From: a virus
Strand: one strand, 5' to 3'
Virus record (IMG/VR): IMGVR_UViG_3300045988_158434
Coordinates: 1-39,694 of that record
Length of the DNA stretch: 39,694 nucleotides
Shown: positions 17,493 to 26,631 of the stretch, one piece after another
How positions within the stretch are numbered: position 1 is the first letter of the stretch
Layout: each line of letters opens with the position of its first letter
The notes under the pieces: model-generated
Seen by the model: the letters and a program-made list of their open reading frames with translations, nothing else
What the model was told of the DNA's origin: nothing
Databases searched by the model: none
Position numbers and translations under genes: made by a program

Positions 17493-18330
17493 TCAGATAA
17501 AAGCCTATCTGGCCAATATCCTGCCGAATCTCAACTCCAGCGCCTCGGCAATCTGGACCCGGTTCGTAGACGTATTCTCCACGATCATCGACATACTGAC
17601 CGGAGAAATCGGCCGCTCGAATACCATCATAGAGACGGCCGCCCGCTCGCTGCGCGTCATGGGCCAGCAATACTACATCGACAAGGCGCTTGCCTATCAG
17701 GAGGGCGACGATTTGGTCGTAGTGAACGACGAAACATTAGCGATGGGATATGCCGAGACAGACACCAGCAAACAGATTATCAAGCAGGTGTATACATCCG
17801 TCCCGGATAACGGGGAAATATATCTGAAAGTAGCCACGACGGATTCGGACAACAACCTGATTCCGCTCACGACGCAGCAACTCGACGCATTCAAAGGCTA
17901 CATGAAAAACTGGGAGCCGGTGGGTATCGCTGTGACTGTGTTTAGTCAGGTCCCCGACCGGTTCGACTGCGCTCACCTGTACGTCAGATACTCGCGCGAC
18001 TACAACCTGATAGCCATTCAGGATAACATCAAAGCGCTGCTCGACCAGTTCCAGATGCAGCGCCTCAATCGCTCGGCTCTTTATATCAATGACATCGAGT
18101 CGGCCATCAAGGATATTACGGGCGTAAGGGACGCCTTTTTCGACGGCGTTACCATCAACCGGTGGGACACATCCGAAGGCGAGGGCAAGTACGTCCCGTA
18201 TGTTCCGGACGACGTGGCATCCAACCCCTATCAGGGAATCATCTACCTGTACGCCGGATATTTCAATTTCAACGACAATATTTCCGACTTTACGGCGGAT
18301 AGTCCCATAACCATCTTCGAATCGGTGTAG
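17473..18330 (+). CDS. putative baseplate wedge protein (gpJ/gp6-like)
   Basis: 285 aa, immediately after the gpW-like gene. Confidence 0.45.
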   Translation: MASQTANQIKAYLANILPNLNSSASAIWTRFVDVFSTIIDILTGEIGRSNTIIETAARSLRVMGQQYYIDKALAYQEGDDLVVVNDETLAMGYAETDTSKQIIKQVYTSVPDNGEIYLKVATTDSDNNLIPLTTQQLDAFKGYMKNWEPVGIAVTVFSQVPDRFDCAHLYVRYSRDYNLIAIQDNIKALLDQFQMQRLNRSALYINDIESAIKDITGVRDAFFDGVTINRWDTSEGEGKYVPYVPDDVASNPYQGIIYLYAGYFNFNDNISDFTADSPITIFESV

Positions 18331-18331
18331 T

Positions 18332-19771
18332 ATGAAATTCAGAGCTGTCGACATACCCAATCTGATTTATCAGATACTCCGGCCCAATTATGCCGTCACA
18401 TACGGGGACGAAAAGACGCTGCCGGCCCTCAATCAGACGTACAAGTTCCTGCTGGCATGCCTTTATCCGCTGCAACCCAAATGGAACGAATACGACGCGC
18501 TGAGGCGGAAGTATTACATGATCGCATCGTGCGAGCCGAACATCAGCAATGTTTCCAATGTCCTCAATCATCTTTTCGGGCAATACGGAGAGATCATCAT
18601 CTCCAATTCGAGCCTGAACCAGATGTACCTGTACGATTCGTACCCCGACGACGAGTCGAAACAAGTGTACCTGTATACCGAGGGAAGCGAAAACGCCCCG
18701 GTCTACTGGGGATTTCAGGGCGCTACGTCCAACGAGACTATCGTCAGCGTTCCCGTCGAGCTTCAGTACAGCGGAGCTCTCATCTATAACGCCGTATCCG
18801 TCCCGGGAGGACCTACTATCGCCATAAGCGACAAGACCGCCTACATAACCAATAACAACTGGCTATCCTATAAAACGGTCGTTCTGCCCAACAACGCGAG
18901 CGATACGGCGCTCTACAAGAGTATTACCTACTCAATCAAAGGATCGGACCAGACCCGGCCTATCATCGCTATCGGGGACGGCATATCGGCTATGTCCTTC
19001 GATATGGGCGAGACATGGAAGGCGGTCGATTTTCCGGAAGGGGACTACACGAAAGTCGTCGGCAGCTACCTGTCGAATGTGTCGATAGCCAACCACTACG
19101 CCATTGCCATTGGGGACGGGCTGCAACCGATGGCGATGTATCTGGACCTTCTGAACGGGACTCAAACTTGGAAACCGCTCGAAGGAATCGGCTCATCCTA
19201 TACATCGCTGTGCCCGTACAAAGACGGATTCGTTTTTATGAACGCTTCCCAAATGGAGCTCGTCGAGTTTGACAATAACTACCAAATCGTCAACTCGTCC
19301 GTCAAATCGCTCCCCTATGGACTGTATTACGATTGCGCAGCCGATTCTACGGGGACTCGTCTCGTATTCGTCGGCAAGGGATCGGCCTATGCGGCATCCC
19401 CCGACTACGATCCTGTCGCCTCGTCCTCTCCCATTCTGCCGGAATACGTATGCAAGTCCGTTACCTACGTTCCGCAGGACGGGTCGTTCCGCACATTTCC
19501 CTTCTACCGCTCTATGTTCGTCAGCAAAGACAACGGAAACACGTGGAGCATGCAGGAAATAGAGGGAATAGAGAAAGGCTCCTACCATACCATATACGGC
19601 ACGACGCAGGGATTCGGACTCGTAGGCAACGGCCAGATGTACTTCCAGAATCTGTCGGACGGGACCATCCAAACGAACGACGCGCCCATGTCCGATGTGT
19701 GGTGGGACTTCCTCGCAACGCTTAACTCGCTCATAATATACGGAATCAAATACACCATTAAAACATATTGA
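18332..19771 (+). CDS. baseplate / fibre-attachment protein
   Basis: 479 aa, between the gpJ-like gene and the fibres. Confidence 0.35.
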   Translation: MKFRAVDIPNLIYQILRPNYAVTYGDEKTLPALNQTYKFLLACLYPLQPKWNEYDALRRKYYMIASCEPNISNVSNVLNHLFGQYGEIIISNSSLNQMYLYDSYPDDESKQVYLYTEGSENAPVYWGFQGATSNETIVSVPVELQYSGALIYNAVSVPGGPTIAISDKTAYITNNNWLSYKTVVLPNNASDTALYKSITYSIKGSDQTRPIIAIGDGISAMSFDMGETWKAVDFPEGDYTKVVGSYLSNVSIANHYAIAIGDGLQPMAMYLDLLNGTQTWKPLEGIGSSYTSLCPYKDGFVFMNASQMELVEFDNNYQIVNSSVKSLPYGLYYDCAADSTGTRLVFVGKGSAYAASPDYDPVASSSPILPEYVCKSVTYVPQDGSFRTFPFYRSMFVSKDNGNTWSMQEIEGIEKGSYHTIYGTTQGFGLVGNGQMYFQNLSDGTIQTNDAPMSDVWWDFLATLNSLIIYGIKYTIKTY

Positions 19772-19772
19772 C

Positions 19773-21101
19773 ATGGCACTCGACCCCATCTACGATATGC
19801 TATTTCAGGACGGCACGGGCAATCCCGTGTTCATTACGGACCTGTCCAATCTGCCGCGTCAGATAAACTACCTGAAAGCCGCGATCAATCTGTTCGGCCA
19901 GAACATCGCCATACTGCACGGCTTCGACAAGAACGAGGACGGCACGTATACTCCCGGTATCATATTATATAAAGGTGTTATGTACTCCTATCCCGGGGAG
20001 AGCATTCCCGCCGGGTCGTACCTGCACAGCCGGGAAATACTGTACGGAGAACGAGTGGCTGAAAACGGCGTAATATACAACGCCTTCAAACGCTACGAAT
20101 TTGTCGCCAACGATGTGGACACGGGCGACGATCTGATTACCTCGGAGCCACTGACCGACGACTATGTGATGAAGCTCAAAAGCGCTCCTATCGGCCCTCA
20201 GATGATTGTAACCGACATGCTCAAGGACAAATCGGTTACATCGGATAAATTAGCCGACGGCGTTATCCCGGGAGCTACCCCGCCGACCGGTCCTGCCGGC
20301 GGCGATTTGGCCGGGACCTATCCTAACCCGACTATCGGCGACGGAAAGGTAACGACCGACAAGATTGCCGACGAGGCCGTGACCTCGGAGAAATTGGACC
20401 CCGATGTGCCGGGAGATATTCTGAACGGGATGATTACCAAAGTAAGCGACTTCAACAGCGCTCTTACTAACCGCTTATTCTATGCTCCCAGCTCAGCGGC
20501 CAATAAGCCTCTTACTGCCCTCTGCTCTTTTGTCGGAATTACCTTTTCCAATAGTTTCGACGTCACACCTTCCGCTGCAACCCAAATCGCCATGCCGTTG
20601 GATTGGGTGGGAGGCTCTCCATGGGGGAATAATACTCCTCCTTTGTTCATTAGGAACAATCGCGGCTACCCTTTGGATAATTGGAGCACATGGAAATGCG
20701 TCGCAGAATTTTTCCCGAACAATTTCGCTTCTCCCACCCAGTCTCTTACCCGAAAATTCAACGGCAGACCTGTCTTTTACCAGTATAAGTCGGCCGCGGC
20801 TTTCAACGTAACTACTTTGGGTACCGTCGAACTCGTGGACGACATGACCGGGAAGCATCTGATCGGCATAGAAGGATATCTGACCGGCCAATATGAGGAT
20901 AACGCGTCGGGAACCGGCACTATTATCGGCATGGAAATCCCACTCACCGGCGGAATGTCCAAGTATGTAGGCGAGACCAATATGGAGATTACGGCCTACA
21001 CGTATGAGAAGAACGACAAGCTATACATGAACATAACCACATCTTCAGGCCGGCAGGCCACGTTCACCTACCATATCGTAATGAAGTTCGACTACATATA
21101 A
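19773..21101 (+). CDS. tail fibre protein 1
   Basis: Its roughly 140-aa N-terminus is homologous to that of 21112..23595. It carries one copy of the GGDLxGTYPNPTIG-KVTTDKIAD motif. Confidence 0.55.
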   Translation: MALDPIYDMLFQDGTGNPVFITDLSNLPRQINYLKAAINLFGQNIAILHGFDKNEDGTYTPGIILYKGVMYSYPGESIPAGSYLHSREILYGERVAENGVIYNAFKRYEFVANDVDTGDDLITSEPLTDDYVMKLKSAPIGPQMIVTDMLKDKSVTSDKLADGVIPGATPPTGPAGGDLAGTYPNPTIGDGKVTTDKIADEAVTSEKLDPDVPGDILNGMITKVSDFNSALTNRLFYAPSSAANKPLTALCSFVGITFSNSFDVTPSAATQIAMPLDWVGGSPWGNNTPPLFIRNNRGYPLDNWSTWKCVAEFFPNNFASPTQSLTRKFNGRPVFYQYKSAAAFNVTTLGTVELVDDMTGKHLIGIEGYLTGQYEDNASGTGTIIGMEIPLTGGMSKYVGETNMEITAYTYEKNDKLYMNITTSSGRQATFTYHIVMKFDYI

Positions 21102-21111
21102 ATCTACCTCT

Positions 21112-23595
21112 ATGGCACTGAAACCCATACGCGAAATGCAATACGCCGAGAATATCGGCAATCCGGTATTTATAACCGACTTGGCCGTTTTGTCTCAGAA
21201 TATAGTAGAGCTCAAGGCCGCTATCAATATGTTCGGAAAGACTACGGCCATTATCTACGGCTTCGACAAAACGGAAGGCGGATATACTCCCGGCATCGTA
21301 CTCCATAACAAGCAGCTATATTCCTATGCTGCGGGGGATGTCATTCCTGCCAATACCTATCTGCACTCGGTCGTTCAGCAGACCACGCCGCGCATATTGG
21401 AGAACGGCTCCACATTCAATGCGTATGTCGAATATACGTTTATCGCCAACAGCACATCCACGGGCGACGACCTGATTACCTCGGAGCCACTGACCGACGA
21501 TTATGTCGCCGAGCTCAAGAATGCCGCGCAAGGTATTCCGCCCATAACTACCGATATGATCGCCGACGGAGCCGTGACAGCCGCAAAGATCGCAGACGGG
21601 GTTATTCCTGATGTTCCGAGCTCCCTGCCTCCGTCCGGCGCTGCCGGTGGCGATTTGACCGGGACCTATCCTAACCCGACTATCGGCACCGGGAAAGTGA
21701 CAACCGCAAAGATCGCCGACGGAGCCGTGACAGCCGCAAAGATCGCAGACGGGGTTATTCCTGATGTTCCGAGCTCCCTGCCTCCGTCCGGCGCTGCCGG
21801 TGGCGATTTGACCGGGACCTATCCTAACCCGACTATCGGCACCGGGAAAGTGACAACCGCAAAGATCGCCGACGGAGCCGTGACAGCCGCAAAGATCGCA
21901 GACGGGGTTATTCCTGATGTTCCGAGCTCCCTGCCTCCGTCCGGCGCTGCCGGTGGCGATTTGACCGGGACCTATCCTAACCCGACTATCGGCACCGGGA
22001 AAGTGACAACCGCAAAGATCGCCGACGGTGCCGTGACAGCCGCAAAACTGGCTGAACAGTATATTGTGAACCGGGGTGCTATTGCTAACTTGAATAACGC
22101 CACGACTTACGGATTCTATACCTACGATGCAACTACGCAGAACACGCCTACTTCTTACGGCAGCGTCATTGTCGTCGAAGGAACCGGGAGATCAGGAAAT
22201 TGGATACAGTTGGCCTTAGGATATTCTGCGGGCAATGTCAATCCGTCCGTTTTTGTCCGTTTCCGGCAAAGTCTGGAATCTTGGAGCGACTGGGTTAAAG
22301 TATGGAAATCCAATGATTTCAATCCGGACGACAAATTCGGGTTCAGCGCCGCTCAGCTCTCGGATTTGAACAATGCCCCGAACAATGCCTTCTTTGTCGG
22401 CGCACACAACGCGGCGAACGCTCCGGTTGCAGATAGTTGGTGCAATGGATTTACTATCGCTTATGGCAATAACCCCGATTTCCGCAAACAGTTCTGCTAT
22501 GCAGGCGACAAGTGGTGGACAAGAGGTCGAAACGGTACAACGTGGTCCAGTTGGAGCCAGATTTGGGATTCGGGAAACCTCACCCCGTCGTCTTTTGCTC
22601 AAACCAAAAAGGAGATCTTTCCCAGCGGCGGAATAGACAACATTACGGATTCAGATTTTACTGGGAATATACAGGCGCGTTTTCCGGAGAGAGAATATTC
22701 AAGCATCTGGCAGGGGAAGGATTTTATAGGTACGATTCTGCAACTCAAGTTGCGGGACTATGCCAACGAGCAATCCTTGATGTATCGTGGAAGCAAAACA
22801 AAAACATGGCTGAGGGTTTGGGACTCGGGTAACTTCAATCCATCCGATTATTTGTCGAAAGAGAATACAACGGTCTACGTGCCGACCGGAGAATACAACC
22901 CGGCTACAAAAGGGTATGTCGATTCGGCTGTGGAGAATGGAAGTATGAAGAAAGTTAATACCACTAATCTGAATACGCTTATTTCAAAGGGTACGTGCTT
23001 TTTCCAATTTGCCGCATCGACGACGAACGCTCCTATGCCTCAAGGAGGCGGAGGACTTCAAATAGTACTTACCGATAAAATCATACAGTTCGTTACCATT
23101 TTCTACTCGACATCATATGCCGGCCCTTCTTTCTATCGTACTTCCAATACGGCTTCAGCATCCACATTCTCCCCGTGGAGTTGCTTTGCGGAAAACAGCG
23201 ATTTCGGACAGAACGTCTATTTTGAACAACAATTAGACGCGACGCATTTCAACGACGCACCCGTTGTCAAGAAGCTCGTCAAAGGATCGTATACCAATAA
23301 ATACGGGCCTGCAACTGTTGCACTGGATAACTATGCCTCGACTCAATTCCCGGGAACGTACTCCCAATATGCGCCTATCGCTTTTCGCGGGTACGCTAAG
23401 TTCACGAACTATTCCACCAAAGCGACTTTGGCTATCGTACCCGTTAACAGCCAAAGTAATAATAACTATGCATTTTTTACCTATGTCAATCCGTCATCGA
23501 TATACCAAGTTATGGCCAATTTCACAGGCGGTTCGGCAACTGTTCGGGAACAAGTGGATTACTGGGTAGAAATAACCTATGGCAAAGTGGTATAA
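21112..23595 (+). CDS. tail fibre protein 2 (827 aa) with a 3 x 51-aa perfect tandem repeat
   Basis: Shared N-terminal domain. Repeat unit TAKIADGAVTAAKIADGVIPDVPSSLPPSGAAGGDLTGTYPNPTIGTGKVT x3. Long divergent C-terminal domain. Confidence 0.6.
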   Translation: MALKPIREMQYAENIGNPVFITDLAVLSQNIVELKAAINMFGKTTAIIYGFDKTEGGYTPGIVLHNKQLYSYAAGDVIPANTYLHSVVQQTTPRILENGSTFNAYVEYTFIANSTSTGDDLITSEPLTDDYVAELKNAAQGIPPITTDMIADGAVTAAKIADGVIPDVPSSLPPSGAAGGDLTGTYPNPTIGTGKVTTAKIADGAVTAAKIADGVIPDVPSSLPPSGAAGGDLTGTYPNPTIGTGKVTTAKIADGAVTAAKIADGVIPDVPSSLPPSGAAGGDLTGTYPNPTIGTGKVTTAKIADGAVTAAKLAEQYIVNRGAIANLNNATTYGFYTYDATTQNTPTSYGSVIVVEGTGRSGNWIQLALGYSAGNVNPSVFVRFRQSLESWSDWVKVWKSNDFNPDDKFGFSAAQLSDLNNAPNNAFFVGAHNAANAPVADSWCNGFTIAYGNNPDFRKQFCYAGDKWWTRGRNGTTWSSWSQIWDSGNLTPSSFAQTKKEIFPSGGIDNITDSDFTGNIQARFPEREYSSIWQGKDFIGTILQLKLRDYANEQSLMYRGSKTKTWLRVWDSGNFNPSDYLSKENTTVYVPTGEYNPATKGYVDSAVENGSMKKVNTTNLNTLISKGTCFFQFAASTTNAPMPQGGGGLQIVLTDKIIQFVTIFYSTSYAGPSFYRTSNTASASTFSPWSCFAENSDFGQNVYFEQQLDATHFNDAPVVKKLVKGSYTNKYGPATVALDNYASTQFPGTYSQYAPIAFRGYAKFTNYSTKATLAIVPVNSQSNNNYAFFTYVNPSSIYQVMANFTGGSATVREQVDYWVEITYGKVV
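21571..22040. repeat. 3 perfect tandem copies of a 153-bp unit (plus a partial fourth) inside fibre gene 2
   Basis: Unit starts at 21571, 21724 and 21877 and the copies are identical. Confidence 0.9.
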
Positions 23596-23606
23596 CAATC
23601 AGCACA

Positions 23607-24224
23607 ATGGAATACATCGCAGCGATCATAGCGGCCATCGGCACCATCATAACCGCATGGTTCAAATACAACCAGTACCGACGGGACAAGATGACCGACC
23701 TAAAGATATCCCAAATAAAGCAGGATATGTCGGAAACTTCCCTGCGTCGGGTAGACAATTCGGCAATCGTGTTCGGCGAACTGTGGGACATACTGTACAC
23801 GCTGGATGCCGACAGAGTATATATCATCCAGCCTCACCCGCTGGGCAACGAGGCTTACGTTTCGATCTACTTCGAGGTGAAGCGTAAAGGCATCGACGGG
23901 ATGAAACAATATATCCATGACATAAGCATGTCGGACATGCCTAAATTCTGTGCGGACCTGAACCGGAATCCGTACATCCACATATCCGACATCGAGACGC
24001 AAATGGACGATATGTATGCCCGTTCGCTCTTTTCCTCTCACGGCAGCTCCATATTAGGGATATACCGTATGAGCGACAACCAGCACGACTGGGTCGGCTC
24101 TATTGTTTGCGAACTGAGAAAAGATTCCAGCATCTCAGAATCTTTTCTCAGAAGCAAATTGCACGTAATCTCAAGAAACATTCAGTATATTTTGCCCAGA
24201 TATATTGGCTCTCACACTAATTAA
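23607..24224 (+). CDS. membrane-anchored hypothetical protein (N-terminal transmembrane helix)
   Basis: MEYIAAIIAAIGTIITAWF... Inserted between the fibre-related genes. Confidence 0.4.
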   Translation: MEYIAAIIAAIGTIITAWFKYNQYRRDKMTDLKISQIKQDMSETSLRRVDNSAIVFGELWDILYTLDADRVYIIQPHPLGNEAYVSIYFEVKRKGIDGMKQYIHDISMSDMPKFCADLNRNPYIHISDIETQMDDMYARSLFSSHGSSILGIYRMSDNQHDWVGSIVCELRKDSSISESFLRSKLHVISRNIQYILPRYIGSHTN

Positions 24225-24235
24225 ACTTTATTGCT

Positions 24236-24715
24236 ATGGTTAAGAAAATCACCAAATCCGATCTGCCTCCTATCCCGAGCATCGACAGGATGGCCAACAA
24301 AATCAACGAAAACTTCGAGTCCATCGAAGGGGGCGGCGCAACTCCGAGCGGCGCTGCCGGTGGCGATTTGACCGGGACCTATCCTAACCCGACTATCGGC
24401 ACCGGGAAAGTGACAACCGACAAAATCGCCGACAAAGCCGTGACCGCTGCAAAGCTGGCTGACGGGGTTATTCCGAATGTTCCGACTTCTCTGCCTCCGT
24501 CCGGTTCTGCTGGTGGCGATTTGACCGGAAGCTACCCGAATCCGACTATCGGGAACGCAAAAGTTACTCTGGCAAAACTCGCGTCGGACGTTACCGCCAA
24601 ACTGGTTACACCGCAGACCACGCCCACATGGGGTGCATCGGACACGGCCGAAGGCGTGCAGGCGAACCTGGTCCTGCTGGCAAACGCTCTGAAAACCGCC
24701 GGTATTCTGAAATAG
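24236..24715 (+). CDS. small fibre-motif protein (two copies of the GGDLTG(T/S)YPNPTIG motif)
   Basis: Shares a 70-bp exact DNA match (24350-24419) with each repeat unit of fibre 2. Confidence 0.45.
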   Translation: MVKKITKSDLPPIPSIDRMANKINENFESIEGGGATPSGAAGGDLTGTYPNPTIGTGKVTTDKIADKAVTAAKLADGVIPNVPTSLPPSGSAGGDLTGSYPNPTIGNAKVTLAKLASDVTAKLVTPQTTPTWGASDTAEGVQANLVLLANALKTAGILK

Positions 24716-24717
24716 CC

Positions 24718-25167
24718 ATGCTTCTATCTCTGAGGCGAATCTATTTCGCGCCCACTTATACCATCGGGCGTTTAAGCATCCCGTCGGCATCCTTCGAGTG
24801 CGATACGCTGGAAGATACCGACCGGGATGCCAACGCCAATGGCGTATTCGACGGTCAGGAAGTCAAGATATACGGCAAGACGGCTATCCCTTACGGTCGC
24901 TATCGAATCGCCATGACCCAGTCGCCCAAGTTCTCGCCCCGGTACGGCGGACGAAATGTCCCCCTGCTGCCGGATGTGCCTCACTTTTCAGGAATACTTA
25001 TCCATTCGGGGAACACGCCGGCCGACACGGAAGGTTGTATCTTGGTCGGAGAGAACAAGGTAAAAGGACAGGTCATCAACTCCCGGGCTACCCTGTTCCG
25101 CCTGCTCGACATTCTCGACGAGGCCGAATCCCGGGGCGAAGATATTTACATCACGATTCGGAAATGA
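24718..25167 (+). CDS. YkuD/L,D-transpeptidase-fold protein (putative peptidoglycan-active enzyme)
   Basis: IPYGRYRI...ILIHSGNTPADTEGCILVG fits the YkuD His...Gly-Cys catalytic signature. The start is the internal ATG at 24718. Confidence 0.4.
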   Translation: MLLSLRRIYFAPTYTIGRLSIPSASFECDTLEDTDRDANANGVFDGQEVKIYGKTAIPYGRYRIAMTQSPKFSPRYGGRNVPLLPDVPHFSGILIHSGNTPADTEGCILVGENKVKGQVINSRATLFRLLDILDEAESRGEDIYITIRK

Positions 25168-25466
25168 AAATCATCTACAACTCCCTGATCCCGTTTCGCG
25201 GATATAAGGCCATGATGCTGTTCGGGGTCATATTCGCGCGCAAAAAGTTCAAGCCCCTGAGCGCCGTTACCGTCAATCACGAATCGATCCATGCGGCCCA
25301 AGCCAAAGACTGTCATGGATATTTCCCGTATTACTGCCGATATATCTGGCAATGGATATGCCACGGCTACAAGGGTAATCCTTTCGAAATAGAGGCCAAA
25401 ACCCATGAACGGGATTTGAACTACCTCTACAACCGAAAGCCCGAGGCGTGGCGCGACATGATGTAG
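25164..25466 (+). CDS. small HExxH protein (candidate minimal zinc metallopeptidase)
   Basis: 100 aa with VNHESIHAAQ and a downstream EIEAKTHE. The start is the internal ATG at 25164. Confidence 0.3.
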   Translation: MKIIYNSLIPFRGYKAMMLFGVIFARKKFKPLSAVTVNHESIHAAQAKDCHGYFPYYCRYIWQWICHGYKGNPFEIEAKTHERDLNYLYNRKPEAWRDMM

Positions 25467-25504
25467 ACATTCGCAGCGGTTCTTTGACATATTGGAATTA
25501 CCGA

Positions 25505-25535
25505 GAACCGGGGGGATCATTGCGCCCCCCGGTTC
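25505..25535. other. perfect 11-bp GC stem-loop (gaaccgggggg-N9-ccccccggttc) at the end of the late operon
   Basis: Direct reading. No U-tract follows. Confidence 0.5.
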
Positions 25536-25781
25536 ATAATAGCTTGCGTACTCCACCAACAAATGCCTGGAAATTATAAGTTTGAGTTATACTCCGCCTG
25601 ATTCCATAAATATATAAAAACAGGGCGTGAGATAAAATTTCCTATGTTTGTATCGACATATGAATGGCGTTAGCTATTGTTTTGGGTAAAGAAAACGACC
25701 AATTTTATTTAGCCCCAAGAAACAAGTTGTGATTTGATGTAGAAAGCGGTAATTCCAATATTCGGAGTTACCGCCTTTTTT

Positions 25782-25817
25782 ATGCCCGGGCGGATAGGTT
25801 CGGGCATTTTTATTTTA
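25782..25817 (+). terminator. hairpin atgcccg-N12-cgggcat followed by ttttatttta
   Basis: Inverted repeat plus T-tract. It lies only 8 nt upstream of the 25825 start, so it could act as a leader or attenuator. Confidence 0.4.
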
Positions 25818-25824
25818 CTGAAAC

Positions 25825-26295
25825 ATGAAAAACGTTGTTATAGCTTTAGCCCTTATTGCAGCCGCATTTCTGCTGGGGCGACGGAGTGTGAAGCCGGAGA
25901 TCGTCAAGATCCACCGGACGGACACGGTGGTCGTGCGCGACACGGTCCGGGAAACTGTCCTCGTTCCCAAAGTCCGCTACCTGACCCGTGTCGATACGGT
26001 ACTTTTGCCTGTCCCGGGCGATACGGTGGAAGTCCCGGTACTGGTCCCGATTTCCCGGAAAGTATACGAAGGGGAGGATTACCGCGCCGTCGTGTCCGGT
26101 TTCCGCGCGTCGCTCGATACGCTCGATATTTTCCGAAAAACGCAGACCGTGACGAATACGGTCGTCCAGCGGGTCGAGGTTCCCGGCAAACCCAAGCGCT
26201 GGGGAATCGGTGTGAGCGCCGGATATGCCCTCACGCCGCAAGGCGTGAAACCTTATATAGGAGCCGGAATCAGTTACTCTTTTATCACATTCTGA
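25825..26295 (+). CDS. secreted/outer-membrane-like protein (signal peptide; C-terminal ...GAGISYSFITF)
   Basis: N-terminal hydrophobic signal and a C-terminal aromatic Phe as in outer-membrane beta-barrels. Candidate spanin or outer-membrane component. Confidence 0.35.
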   Translation: MKNVVIALALIAAAFLLGRRSVKPEIVKIHRTDTVVVRDTVRETVLVPKVRYLTRVDTVLLPVPGDTVEVPVLVPISRKVYEGEDYRAVVSGFRASLDTLDIFRKTQTVTNTVVQRVEVPGKPKRWGIGVSAGYALTPQGVKPYIGAGISYSFITF

Positions 26296-26296
26296 T

Positions 26297-26629
26297 ATGC
26301 CGAAAATATTCGTTAAACCGCTGACCGTAAACCGAGCATGGCAGGGTAAGAGATTCCGCACCTCCATGTATGATGCCTATACGACGGAGTGCCTATTGAA
26401 GCTGCCCGACATAGTGCTGCCCGAACCTCCATACGAAGTACACTATGTATTCGGGCTATCCACTTCTTTGGCCGACTGGGACAATCCGATCAAGCCCTTT
26501 CAGGATATATTGCAGAAAAGGTACGGATTCAACGACAAGGACATTTTCAGGGCCGTTGTCGAAAAAGTCAAGACACACAAAGGGGAGGAATTCGTTTATT
26601 TCGACATTAAGAACCTCACCGTACCATGA
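26297..26629 (+). CDS. rusA: RusA-family Holliday junction resolvase
   Basis: LTVNRAWQGKRFRTSMYDAY... and ADWDNPIKPFQDIL...NDKDI motifs. Confidence 0.65.
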   Translation: MPKIFVKPLTVNRAWQGKRFRTSMYDAYTTECLLKLPDIVLPEPPYEVHYVFGLSTSLADWDNPIKPFQDILQKRYGFNDKDIFRAVVEKVKTHKGEEFVYFDIKNLTVP

Positions 26630-26631
26630 AA

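Noticed and set aside
24628-25466. Long N-terminal extensions given by the track for ORFs 24628..25167 and 24798..25466
   Set aside because: The extensions are Arg/Gly-rich out-of-context sequence that overlaps upstream genes. Internal ATGs at 24718 and 25164 give compact, non-overlapping genes.
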